Shown here piece by piece: positions 1-11,108 of a DNA stretch of 64,000 nt. The notes beneath the pieces are model-generated. The model did not search any database, was not told where the DNA came from, and saw nothing but the letters and a program-made list of their open reading frames with translations. Each line of letters opens with the position of its first letter. Position 1 is the stretch's first letter. Position numbers and translations under genes: made by a program. Source of the DNA: Pachysolen tannophilus NRRL Y-2460 (Eukaryota); contig KV454012.1 of NCBI GenBank assembly GCA_001661245.1, positions 950,848 through 1,014,847 of the forward strand, written 5' to 3'.

Positions 1-803
1 AATGGTAATTCAGAATATTGTGGGAATTGTTTGAAAAATAATTGTAAAAAAGCATAAACATCCTTACCTGCAGCAACAGTATTACTGATGGAACTAGAAC
101 TATAAGAATAACCAACATTAACAGGCTGATCTAAAAAGATAACTGAAGCATTAGAATTCCATGAAGTAGGATTACGGATTGGTTTAATCTTGGAATCAAT
201 TGAAGAAGGACCCAATTCAAAAAATAATCCAGTCAATGAAGAACATCCTGGTCCACCATTTAACCACAAGATAATTGGATCATTTTTAGGATCATTTCTA
301 GATTCAAAAAACCAAAAGAAAAAATGTTTATCTTCATCTTCAACATCTAAATAACCAGAATATTGAGTAACATCATCAACACCTAAATCTTTTGGAGTAT
401 TCTTAGCCCTCAATTGATAATTTGGTAATTCATTGTCTTGAATCTTATAATTCCAATTGTCATGCCTCTTTATATTGAACCTTGGTCTTGAAGCAAAATT
501 TAATTGAGAAACTGCATCTGGGAAAAATAAAGTCATTTCAGACCAAACTTTTTTAAGTTCATCAGAGACAGAATCAACTGATTGACCCAAAGCATTAGCA
601 GCATGGTCTAACAAACTCATATAGTCCGGATTCAGTTGCAGATGACCACCAACTTTATCGGCAACTTGATCGGCGTTTGATTTTTCAGCCTCGAGTTTCA
701 AAGGTTGCTGCTGAATATCATTGATAAGATTCTCAATAGATATCCCATTGGCCAAAGCAGCAGCAGCTACCACGGTAGAAATAACAGTCGTAGATAATTT
801 CAT
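1..803 (-). CDS. PRC1: Carboxypeptidase Y precursor (serine carboxypeptidase S10), 5' part; runs off the window's left edge
   Basis: Manual translation from the ATG at 803: signal peptide [20 protein letters not shown], a propeptide, then [53 protein letters not shown], the S10 family signature. Absent from the ORF track because no stop lies inside the window. Confidence 0.95.
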   Translation of the reverse strand, partial: MKLSTTVISTVVAAAALANGISIENLINDIQQQPLKLEAEKSNADQVADKVGGHLQLNPDYMSLLDHAANALGQSVDSVSDELKKVWSEMTLFFPDAVSQLNFASRPRFNIKRHDNWNYKIQDNELPNYQLRAKNTPKDLGVDDVTQYSGYLDVEDEDKHFFFWFFESRNDPKNDPIILWLNGGPGCSSLTGLFFELGPSSIDSKIKPIRNPTSWNSNASVIFLDQPVNVGYSYSSSSISNTVAAGKDVYAFLQLFFKQFPQYSELP

Positions 804-1539
804 TTTCCTAATGATTGATTGATTGATTGATTGATTGAACTGTTGTATCTTTATCACCTTGTCTTTTTATTTCTTTGTCTCTATTATCAGTAATTTAATT
901 GCCTGACACAAATACGATAATAACGGCGCTAATAACAGAGTAATAAAAACTTAGCAATTAATTAATTAACAAAAAAATTCAAATAATTTCTTTCCATATA
1001 TATTATACAGATATCCTGATAGAATTTATCAAGTGTATCTAAATAAATATATATTGAATTTATTTGTTAAATATATATATAAATACAAATATATATATAT
1101 AAATAAATTGTACGATGTAATTTAATATGTAAATAATTAAAAGATAACCATTTCGATAATAATAGTAGAAAAAAGCGACAAAAAGGGAAATGGCTCTAGC
1201 CTCCTGCCTATTCGGGGAAGCCAAAAGATTCCTAAAACGAAACTAACCAATTTACCCGGAGAAAAACATAGCAAGCAGCACAGAACAAGAACAGGAAGAA
1301 GAAACAAAAATAGAAAAACAAATTTCCGGATTGGGGAGAAAAAACAATTTCAAGGACGTGCACCAAGCTACTTAAAAGTACCAAAACGGAAAACAACATT
1401 TAAGAATGTTGTATCTCAATTAGTAAAACAAAACAAATATATATATATGTGGATATAAGTATGGATATGGATATATTTAGATATATATATATATGTGTGT
1501 GTGGATATATGCTTTGAGGCCTAGGCGCTAAGGTCGACA

Positions 1540-2544
1540 ATGCATTTTGGTGATTTTCAGTCTATATGTTTGAGGACGCTGCTTCCATTATGTTCGGTGG
1601 TGAGTTCAGAAACGAGATTAGATGAGTACTTTGTCACCGGTACTCTTCCAGAGTGTTATGCGAGAGCAGTGGAATTATCGAATACGATGATTTATGAAGT
1701 TGGTAATGCGTTTATACATATACTGGGGATATTTGTTTGTTTTATTATTCTTTTCAATGTTAAGCGTAAATATACCGCTATAGCGCGTTCTGAGATGTTA
1801 ATTTTTTTCTATCTTTTTGCTGCTTTGACAATTGCATCTTTATTGGTTGATTGTGGAGTATCTCCTCCTGGAACTTCAAGTTATGCTTACTTTGTGGCAG
1901 TACAAATTGGCTTGGTAGGAAGCTGTTGTTGGGCATTGATGGTAAATGGGTTCATATATTTTCAAATATGGGAAGATGGTACAACAAAATCACTTTTATT
2001 TTTAAGATTGACATCTTTTTTAATATTTGCTCTAGATTTTATAGTGGCATTTATAACTTTTAAAAGTTGGTCAAATGCTACTGTTATTAAGACACATACT
2101 ACAATGTTATTTATTGTGATGTATATTATTAATTCTGCCTTTTTATTCATATTTGTTATATCCCAGGTAATCTTGGTTGTTACATCTTTAAACAATTTAT
2201 GGGCATTAGGAGCAGTCTTATTAGGTTGCTTTTTTTTCATTGTTGGTCAAATTATTCTTTATGTGGGATCAGAACCCATTTGTAATTCTTCAAAACATTA
2301 TATAGATGGATTGTTTTTTGCAACATTATTTAATGTTTTCAGTATAATGATGGTTTACAAATATTGGGACATGATTACAACTGAAGATTTGGAATTTAGT
2401 GTTGCTATTCAAGAAACTGGAATTGCTTGGAATGGTACCAATAATAACAATATTAAAAAACAAATGAAAGAATCTGTATTAACCAGAAGTGAGCTTGAAT
2501 TCAAAAATAATGGAGAAATGAAAAACTTACTAGAAATATCATAA
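1540..2544 (+). CDS. CHS7: Chitin synthase export chaperone (multi-pass ER membrane protein)
   Basis: MxFGDF..C..LPLC N-terminus, CYARAVELSNTMIY, KYTAIARSEM, C...KHYIDGLFF, VYKYWDMITTEDLEFSV; multiple hydrophobic segments. Confidence 0.95.
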   Translation: MHFGDFQSICLRTLLPLCSVVSSETRLDEYFVTGTLPECYARAVELSNTMIYEVGNAFIHILGIFVCFIILFNVKRKYTAIARSEMLIFFYLFAALTIASLLVDCGVSPPGTSSYAYFVAVQIGLVGSCCWALMVNGFIYFQIWEDGTTKSLLFLRLTSFLIFALDFIVAFITFKSWSNATVIKTHTTMLFIVMYIINSAFLFIFVISQVILVVTSLNNLWALGAVLLGCFFFIVGQIILYVGSEPICNSSKHYIDGLFFATLFNVFSIMMVYKYWDMITTEDLEFSVAIQETGIAWNGTNNNNIKKQMKESVLTRSELEFKNNGEMKNLLEIS

Positions 2545-2792
2545 AATATAACATCCTTTAACTTTGGAAAGTTTGTAGTTTTCTTATTTAAATTCTTTTA
2601 ATAAAATTAAGGTAAAAAGTAAAAGTAAAAGTAAGTAAAAGTGCAAAAAAAAAAAACAAAATAAAAAAATTTTAAAAACTATATTTTTTGCACCCATAAA
2701 TATATATATATATATATCTATATATCGTTAATACAGCTAACTAATTTTCAAGCTAGAAACTAAATTAAATAACTAGCATTCAAATATTTTTC

Positions 2793-5700
2793 ATGCGGTT
2801 GGGACCAGAGCAATTATCCAAATTGCAATCAAATCCTTCTTGTATAAGGAATGTTTGTATCTTGGCTCATGTTGACCATGGTAAAACATCATTATCTGAT
2901 TCGTTGTTAGCGGCAAATGGAATCATATCGCAGAGAATGGCTGGGAAGGTGAGATACTTGGATTCAAGACCAGATGAACAATTGAGAGGGATAACAATGG
3001 AAAGTTCTGCAGTATCTTTATATTTCAGAGTATTAAAAAAAAATAAGGAAGATCCAAATTCTGAACCAGAAATTAGAGAACATTTGATCAACTTGATTGA
3101 TTCACCGGGACATATTGATTTTTCTTCAGAAGTTTCTACTGCATCGAGATTATGTGATGGAGCTGTTATCTTAGTGGATGTGGTGGAAGGGGTGTGCTCA
3201 CAAACTATTACTGTCTTGAGGCAGTCGTGGGTTGATAATTTAAAACCTATTTTGGTTTTAAACAAGATTGATAGATTAATAACAGAGTTAAAGTTGACAC
3301 CTGCGGAAGCTTATTTACATCTTTCAAAAGTTATAGAGCAAGTAAACTCCATTATAGGTTCTTTCTTTGCAGGTGAAAGAATGCAAGAAAATTTACTTTG
3401 GAGAGAAAAATTGGAAAAATCATTAAATCAAGATGAAGAATATATTGAAAAAGATGATCAAGATATATACTTTTCACCAGAAAAAAATAATGTAATTTTT
3501 GCTTCAGCAATAGATGGATGGGGTTTTAATATATCTCAATTTTCTGCTTTTTATGAAAAAAAATTAGGAATGAAAAGAGAAAATTTACAAAAAGTATTAT
3601 GGGGAGATTATTATCTTGATCCTAAAACCAAAAAAATTATTACTTCAAAAGGTTTAAAAGGTAGATCTTTAAAACCACTTTTTGTTTCATTTGTATTGGA
3701 TAATATTTGGACAGTGTATGAAAATGCTTTGATAAATAAAAATTTAGAAAAATTAGAAAAAATCATTCAATCTCTTAATCTCAAGATATCTCAAAGGGAC
3801 TTGAAATCTAGAGATACAAAATATTTATTGCAGTCAATATTTGGTCAGTGGTTACCTGTGTCAACTGCTGTATTAATAACGATAATCGAAAAATTACCAT
3901 CACCTCTAGAATCTCAAAAGAGTCGTATACCTACTATTTTAAATACTGCGCCAGGTTCAGAACTTATAAATGAAGATTTAAAACAAGCAATGCTTCTGTG
4001 TGATAGGAACGGACTTACCAGTGCATATGTCTCAAAGATGGTCTCAATTCCAGAATCTGAATTACCTAAGAATCAGACAGTGGCTTTGACTGCGGATGAA
4101 ATGATTGAAAGAGGTAGAGCAGCAAGGCTGGCAGCAGCAAAAGCTGCTGAAGCTGCAAGGAAATTTCAAGAAGAAAATTCCAAGAAAGATGATTTTGAAA
4201 TTGTAGATAGTAATAATAACTTTGATGATCCTTTTGGTGAAGATATCTTTGAAACTGAGGAAGAAGATCAAGAAGAAGAAGAAGCGGAGTTAGCAAAGGA
4301 AGTGTTGATTGGTTATGCCCGTGTTTATAGTGGTTGTTTGAAAGTTGGCTCAGAGTTAACGGTTTTAGGACCTAAATATGACCCATTGAGACCAAACGAA
4401 CATATCCATAAAGTTACCATTAGCGAACTCTACTTGTTGATGGGCAGAGAATTAATTGCTTTGAAAGAAGTTCCTGCAGGTAATATAGTTGGTATAGGTG
4501 GTCTAGCTGGGAAAGTATTAAAAAATGGTACATTAATTTCACCTGATATTACTGGGGTTAACTTAGCTGGTATAACTTTAAATGCACCTCCTATTGTGAA
4601 AGTTGCTTTAGAACCAGTGAACCCAACTCAAATGGACAAGTTAGAAAAAGGTTTACAGTTGCTTAATCTGGCAGATCCTTGTGCTCAGACTTTTCTTCAG
4701 GATACAGGAGAACATATTCTCGCTACAGCAGGTGAATTACACTTGGAAAGATGTTTGAAAGATTTGAGAGAGAGATTTGCCGGAATTGAAATATCTGTAT
4801 CAAATCCTCTTATTCCTTATCGTGAAACAATTGTGTCTAAACCTGAAATGAACCCTCCTAAATTCCCAGAGCTAGGTAGAGGCTGCTCTGAATTAAAAAT
4901 TGCAAATATATCTATCTTATTTAAAGTAAGACCTTTACCAAATTCAGTAACTGATTTCTTAATTGAAAACCAAAATACGATTCATTCTTTAATAAACAAA
5001 GTGGTAAAACTGAAATCTGAAGAAAATAGCAATCTTGAAAGTGGTGATGAAGATAGCGATGTTGTTGATGATGGAGTAGGAATTAATCCTGTTATAGCCG
5101 CAACTGATTTCAAAAAAAAATTACAAGAATTATTTAGTCAGGCAACCAACGAGAATAAAAAAGACCCATTTAACTGGGATGGATATGTTGATAAAATCAC
5201 TTCTTTTGGACCGAAAAGAACTGGACCTAATATTTTATTTGATTTGAAAGAGCATACCCTTAGAAGAATTTTTCTGTCTTCAAACACTAAAAACTTTGAA
5301 TTTGAAGATTCTATATTAAATGGGTTCCAGTTAGCCACATATGAAGGTCCTTTAGCACAAGAATTTGTTCAAGGTATTGCTGTATTCGTTGAAAAAATTG
5401 AAGTTATAAAAGATGAAGATTCCGAACAAAAAGATGAATTCAAAAATCTTGCTGGAAGAATTTTGACTTCTACAAGAGATTGTATCCACCGTGGGTTCTT
5501 AGATTGGTCTCCAAGATTAATGTTGGCAATGTATACATGTGATATTCAAACATCAGCAGAGGTCTTGGGTAAAGTTTATGCTGTTGTCCAAAAGAGAAGA
5601 GGACATATAATGTCCGAAGAAATGAAAGAAGGAACTCCATTTTTCACCATAGAAGCTAGAATTCCGGTTGTTGAAGCTTTTGGTTTCAGTGAGGATATAA

Positions 5701-5939
5701 GAAAGAAGACATCAGGTGCCGCAAGCCCCCAGTTAGTCTTTGCAGGATACGAAATCATCGATGAGGATCCATTCTGGGTACCTACAACTGTAGAAGAGTT
5801 GGAAGAGTTGGGTGAAATAGCGGATAAGGCTAATATTGCAAGAAAGTACATGAACGCTATCAGAAAACGGAAAGGTTTATTCGTGGATGAGAAAGTCATT
5901 CAAAATGCAGAGAAGCAAAGAACTTTAAAGAAAGACTAG
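2793..5939 (+). CDS. RIA1: Elongation factor-like GTPase EFL1/Ria1 (60S maturation)
   Basis: AHVDHGKT, RGITM, DSPGH and NKID GTPase motifs; EF2-like domains; EFL1-type C-terminus (FGFSEDIRKKTSGAASPQL...AEKQRTLK). Confidence 0.95.
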   Translation: MRLGPEQLSKLQSNPSCIRNVCILAHVDHGKTSLSDSLLAANGIISQRMAGKVRYLDSRPDEQLRGITMESSAVSLYFRVLKKNKEDPNSEPEIREHLINLIDSPGHIDFSSEVSTASRLCDGAVILVDVVEGVCSQTITVLRQSWVDNLKPILVLNKIDRLITELKLTPAEAYLHLSKVIEQVNSIIGSFFAGERMQENLLWREKLEKSLNQDEEYIEKDDQDIYFSPEKNNVIFASAIDGWGFNISQFSAFYEKKLGMKRENLQKVLWGDYYLDPKTKKIITSKGLKGRSLKPLFVSFVLDNIWTVYENALINKNLEKLEKIIQSLNLKISQRDLKSRDTKYLLQSIFGQWLPVSTAVLITIIEKLPSPLESQKSRIPTILNTAPGSELINEDLKQAMLLCDRNGLTSAYVSKMVSIPESELPKNQTVALTADEMIERGRAARLAAAKAAEAARKFQEENSKKDDFEIVDSNNNFDDPFGEDIFETEEEDQEEEEAELAKEVLIGYARVYSGCLKVGSELTVLGPKYDPLRPNEHIHKVTISELYLLMGRELIALKEVPAGNIVGIGGLAGKVLKNGTLISPDITGVNLAGITLNAPPIVKVALEPVNPTQMDKLEKGLQLLNLADPCAQTFLQDTGEHILATAGELHLERCLKDLRERFAGIEISVSNPLIPYRETIVSKPEMNPPKFPELGRGCSELKIANISILFKVRPLPNSVTDFLIENQNTIHSLINKVVKLKSEENSNLESGDEDSDVVDDGVGINPVIAATDFKKKLQELFSQATNENKKDPFNWDGYVDKITSFGPKRTGPNILFDLKEHTLRRIFLSSNTKNFEFEDSILNGFQLATYEGPLAQEFVQGIAVFVEKIEVIKDEDSEQKDEFKNLAGRILTSTRDCIHRGFLDWSPRLMLAMYTCDIQTSAEVLGKVYAVVQKRRGHIMSEEMKEGTPFFTIEARIPVVEAFGFSEDIRKKTSGAASPQLVFAGYEIIDEDPFWVPTTVEELEELGEIADKANIARKYMNAIRKRKGLFVDEKVIQNAEKQRTLKKD

Positions 5940-6227
5940 TACTGGTCCCGTCCATGTTTATAGATGATTATAGTGTTTGATAGATTAATATATAAAACCC
6001 AACTGTTCCTGGATTTTGGTGTAGGATGTTTGCAAAGAAAGTTTTAAATAGAAAATTGGTAAACAAAACAAGTATTATTAAAATTAATAGATCTAACTAA
6101 TACTAATTAATTTTTTATTTTTTAAATACTATTATTGAACGTGGTTAGAGCCTATATTATTCGATAAGAGAGATTGAGTCTAGAGATCTAGATCTAAGAA
6201 AGTAATTTGTTTTGTTTTGCTTCATTA

Positions 6228-7739
6228 ATGACAGTTTTAGAAGTTGAATCAACAATAGATGAAAAGAGTCAAAATACAGGAATATGGGATCGTTTGTTGA
6301 AAACATTCAAAACTGATTCTCATTATGGTGTTTCATCTTTTTCTAAGAAGAAGGCGTTGCTTATTGTTGGTGGGACATCAGATCAACAGAAGATAATTAT
6401 AGATAAGTTAAGGAGTTCAAGTAATAAGAATTCTTTGTTTTCTTCAAATAAATCCAAAAACAATTCTGCTGAGATTGCTAATGAATTTTCATTAGGGTAT
6501 ACATATATGCAATATTATTTGAAATTGAATGAGGATAGACGGCAGGAGGAGATAATTGGAGGAGATGATTTAATGTATAATGTATTAGATATTTATACCC
6601 TTTGTTCTACTGAAGGATTATATGGAGAAAAAGAGTTTGATTTTGAACATTATTTTAACTTGTTACAAATATTTAAAGAAAAAGAGTTTGAAGATTTATT
6701 AGTTTTACAACTTTTCAGTCTTGATGGTTATAATGAAAAAAATTTTGATGTTCAACAAATAGTTAATAGGATTATACCTTGGTGTAAATTGTTAAATGAT
6801 GCTTTTAGTAAACAAATGAAAAATGATATTGTTAAAAAATGGTTTTATGAATCATTGTTAGAGTATTATCCAAATCCAACTAGTGCAATATTAAATAATG
6901 AGTCAAATATTCAAATAGAGGATCAAACTAAAGGAGAATGTGATTTCCCTATTGGATGTAATTACCTTTTAATGGTAACAGGAACAGAATTTTTAGATAC
7001 ATCAATGAATCCTTTATTATCTCAATTAGAAATAGACAAATTACAACAAATATTAAGAATGATTGTTTTAAAAGTTGGTGGAAGTTTTTGTTATTTACCA
7101 AATTTTACTAAAGATGAAATGATTTTCCCAATAATTAAATTATTAAATAAATTGTTGATTAATAATAGTAATGGTAAATTCAAAAGCAAAACTAAAATTG
7201 AACCAATAATAAACAATTTTTTAAATATTTTGATTCCTAGAGGTTGGGATACATGGGGTAAAATTAAAACATTAAATGAAAATATCGACTTGGATTTTTG
7301 GAATGAAGAATTTGAGAAATTAATACAAAAAACCCAAGAAACAGAAATTGATGAAAAGAAAAAAAATATTGTTTCAACGGGAAATGAAGATTTAATTAAT
7401 GACAAATATCAAAATTTTTTGTTAAGTCAATATAAGAAACAGTTAGAACAAGACCAAAAATTGGCAATAGAAAAATCAAAAGGAATATCAAGACAAAATA
7501 ATAACATTGAAAATGTCAAATCCATTTTGGATAATGAAAATGTCACTGAGACCCAAAGTTCCCTACAAAATTTCAGAAACCAGTTCCTAAGTGGTAGTAA
7601 CTTTGATGATGACGATGAAGATGATGAATTCCTGAGATTGAAGACATCTGGAAATGAATCTGTTACTTCAACCTATTCTCAACCAGACATCTTAAACGAA
7701 TTTTTGTCAGACATCTTGAGGAAAAAAAAAGGTATATAG
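6228..7739 (+). CDS. DYN3: Cytoplasmic dynein light intermediate chain (Dyn3-like); first ATG at 6228, track start is a TTG
   Basis: IWDRLL, SLGYTY, LQQILRMIVLKVGGSFCY and LIPRGWDTWGKIKTL resemble fungal DLIC motifs (IP..WDSWGKI); C-terminal LxxFLxxLL-type helix (ILNEFLSDIL). Confidence 0.75.
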   Translation: MTVLEVESTIDEKSQNTGIWDRLLKTFKTDSHYGVSSFSKKKALLIVGGTSDQQKIIIDKLRSSSNKNSLFSSNKSKNNSAEIANEFSLGYTYMQYYLKLNEDRRQEEIIGGDDLMYNVLDIYTLCSTEGLYGEKEFDFEHYFNLLQIFKEKEFEDLLVLQLFSLDGYNEKNFDVQQIVNRIIPWCKLLNDAFSKQMKNDIVKKWFYESLLEYYPNPTSAILNNESNIQIEDQTKGECDFPIGCNYLLMVTGTEFLDTSMNPLLSQLEIDKLQQILRMIVLKVGGSFCYLPNFTKDEMIFPIIKLLNKLLINNSNGKFKSKTKIEPIINNFLNILIPRGWDTWGKIKTLNENIDLDFWNEEFEKLIQKTQETEIDEKKKNIVSTGNEDLINDKYQNFLLSQYKKQLEQDQKLAIEKSKGISRQNNNIENVKSILDNENVTETQSSLQNFRNQFLSGSNFDDDDEDDEFLRLKTSGNESVTSTYSQPDILNEFLSDILRKKKGI

Positions 7740-8064
7740 CAGGTTATTTATAAACTTATATACAAATTCATTATACAATAGCATAGCAACCAATACAGCA
7801 AATCTTTCTTAAAATCACTGCTCAAGAACTTGATCAATAAAATGTTTGAAAAGATGGTATTTGGAAAGAATAAAGCTTTTCTTAGTAGTGTAAATATTTT
7901 TTTCATGAAAATACTAAAAAGAAAAGTGAAGTTTTAAAGATATCTATCTATCTATCTATCTCTTCTTCTTCTTCTTTAAAAAGAGAGAATTTTTGGTTTA
8001 ATCTATTTGTTATTGATAGGACGATCAAGTAGACCAGTATTAGTTAATATTTCTATTCTTTATT

Positions 8065-9974
8065 ATGGCTTCTCAGATTGATGATCAGTCAGTGGCGGGT
8101 GTTGCAGGGTTAGTTATCACAAGAGATGGTGGTGGTGAAAAACTTGCAGTAAAGAAAAATGGCGAAGTTTCAAAGATGAATAATAATAATAATAAAGAAT
8201 CCAAGAGAAGAAGATCATCTTCACAACAGAGTAATAATACGCTGTTGAGAAAGCGTAAGTTTTTACAAAAACCAGAACTAAGGATAGATAAGAATTATTC
8301 TAAAAAAAAATTGGTATATCTGATTTAAGAGACTTGTTACTATACTTATTAACAGATACAAATGTTGTACCGAATTGGGTTAGTGCTATCAATAAAACAG
8401 CTATTCAAAGAGTTTTATTTTTGTTTGTTCCAGGTTTAACGGCAAATGATTTTGGATATGAAGATTTTATAAATGATATATCTCCAAAAATTGTGAATCC
8501 CATTGAGAAGTTAAGTTTTTTCAAAGAACAATTTGAATATGTTTTCCCTTTACAATCACCAGGTTCTAAAGATTCATTAGTAAGTTCATATAGTGCTTTA
8601 ACAAATGTTCCATTAACCAAGAAGGAAAAGGAAAAATTGAAAAAACTGCAAAAAGAGATTAAATCTGATACAATACTTCCAGATTTAGTTATGAATTTGG
8701 AACAATTGATACAAAATAATTATCCAATACATCCTTTATCACCAAATATCACTGAAAAATTCAAAGAGCAAAATTTTTTAAAAGAAGGTTGGGTTGATAC
8801 TATGGAATTTGATCATGAAGGGTCACATACTTTTGCACTAGATTGTGAAATGTGTGATGCAGCAATTGGTAAAGTCTTGACAAGAATTTCTTTGATTGAT
8901 TTTAATAATAATGTAATAATGGATGAATTAGTTAAACCAAAGGAAGAAATTATAGATTATGTTACTCTGTATTCTGGTATTACTGAAGATATGTTGCGTG
9001 ATGTTAATACTACGTTACATGATATACAACAAAAACTATTAAAAATAATTTCTACAAATGATATATTAATTGGACATTCTTTAGAAAGTGATTTAAATGT
9101 ATTGAAATTGCGTCATCCATTGATAATAGATACAGCAATAATATATGATCATCCAAGAGGACCTCCTTCCAAGGCATCATTAAAATGGTTAACGAAAAAA
9201 TTGTTAAATAAAGATATTCAAACAGGTATAAATGGTCATGATTCAATAGAAGATAGTAAAGCATGTATGGAATTAGTTAAATTAAAAGTATTAAATGGTA
9301 TAAATTTTGGTAAAAATACATTTGATACTAGTTTATTTGATAAATTATCAGAAGTTTCAAACAATAATAAAAAATCTAAAAATTCAATTGTAATTGATTA
9401 TTCTGCAATTAGAAATTCAATAAAATTGAATACAGAAGATAAAATCCAATGTTTTAATGATGATGAAGTTGTTGATAATATAATTAAGAATTGTGATCAA
9501 TATGATTTAACAATTGCAAAATTGAGAGAATTGGAATTTGCTAAAAAATGGTCACCTCGTCCTAAAAATTTTGAATTAAAAAATAATGATGATAAGAATA
9601 ATAATAATAATAATAATGATAATGAAGATGATTTTACAACAGAATATCAAGATTTGAATTTAAGATTAACAAAAATTTATAATAATTTACCTGAAAATAC
9701 AGCTTTAATAGTTTGTTCAGGTAATGGAAATCCAATAAAGATGTTAGAATTACAAAAACTTAGAAATCGATTTAATAAAGAATATAAAACTAAAAATTGG
9801 GATGAAGTAGAAAGTAAATGGGAATTAAAAGATTCAGATAATTTGAAAAAGGCAACACTTATTGCTAGAGATTCATTATGTTTTTTAACTGTTAAACATA
9901 GTAATGATATACCTCTGACAGCTACATTAGATAAAGAATTAACAGTTGAATCTGAATATGATAATAAAGATTAG
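8065..9974 (+). CDS. RNH70: DEDDh 3'-5' exoribonuclease Rex1/Rnh70; reading frame broken by one nucleotide at the A9 run 8302-8310
   Basis: Exonuclease motifs FALDCEMC, IGHSLESDL, GHDSIEDSKAC. The ORFs at 8065-8328 and 8334-9974 join into one frame (...YSKKKIGISDLRDLLLYLL...) if one A is added to the homopolymer. Confidence 0.85.
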
Positions 9975-10092
9975 TAAAAAAACTATTATAAATATATTCC
10001 AAAACATTTAAAATGGTTTTTTTTTAAAAAAATATATATATTTATATAGATTTGTAAATATGTAAATGAAATTTAATAATACACAATTGGAC

Positions 10093-10821
10093 TTACTCCA
10101 TCTCAACGTCTTCCTTTTCATTTTCATTTTCATTTTCATTTTCAGCAACTGATGGTGCTGATTCATTAGCTATTTCTTCAACTTTTACTTGTTTATCATC
10201 TTCTTCATCTTTATTGGTCAGCAATTTTTCTTCATCTTTCAAGTCTTGTTTCAAACTAGATTCATTAGAAGTATTATTTTCCTTATCCAGTTCATTTTCA
10301 AGTTTAGCTTTTTCTTCTTTTTCAACTTGTGCTTGACTACTTGAAAAACCTGCAAGCATATCTCCACCACCAACTGCTCCTCTTATATCTGCATCCGATA
10401 ATCCTTTACCATTATTTTCAGCTTTTCTAGCTTCAGTAGTCTTTTCTTTCAACCCAGAATATGGATATTGTAACAAATCTAAAATATCTCCTTCTTCTTC
10501 AAGATCCACAACCAGATCTTTAGCATCAGGTAATTCATCAGTAAGAATCCAAGTTTTAATCTTTAAATCATATGAAGGTTGTGGAGTCCCAGCAGAAGTC
10601 GAAGTCTCTGTAGAATCAGCATTTGTAGATGGAACCGGCGTAGCAAAACTAAAATTACTATTCAAATTAGGCGTAGCTGAACTTTCAACTCTTTTTGGAG
10701 GTGAAACCCAATCTCTAATCCAATGTCTTTCACTAGAACCTGAATTCATCAAATTCACCAGCGAAAACGAATTGGCACTCCTAACCAACGATTGACCATA
10801 AAGACTGTGTCTAGCAGACAT
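10093..10821 (-). CDS. Uncharacterised 242-aa protein: compact N-terminal region plus acidic/charged tail; divergent from TAF1
   Basis: ATG-initiated ORF filling the gap between RNH70 and TAF1, with protein-like composition. No family confidently recognised. Confidence 0.75.
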   Translation of the reverse strand: MSARHSLYGQSLVRSANSFSLVNLMNSGSSERHWIRDWVSPPKRVESSATPNLNSNFSFATPVPSTNADSTETSTSAGTPQPSYDLKIKTWILTDELPDAKDLVVDLEEEGDILDLLQYPYSGLKEKTTEARKAENNGKGLSDADIRGAVGGGDMLAGFSSSQAQVEKEEKAKLENELDKENNTSNESSLKQDLKDEEKLLTNKDEEDDKQVKVEEIANESAPSVAENENENENEKEDVEME

Positions 10822-11108
10822 GATTAACCAACCTTATAGCAATATCCCCAAAAAAAAAAACAAAGATCAACTCTCTCCACTGATTAACCCTATAATACTG
10901 GCGGTTATATTGTTTATTAAAGCTATCAAATTGGACGACTTTTTTTTTTTTTGGTTATTTATTTTTTTTTTTTTTTGTATTATTATTATTTACTGGTTTA
11001 AAATAAATTAAAATGGTGGTGATGATAATTTTTAATTAAAAATTGATAATTTTAATTCATCGTTTTAATTAGGAATAGATCCATAATTTGGGAGTGTGGA
11101 TTTTGGAG

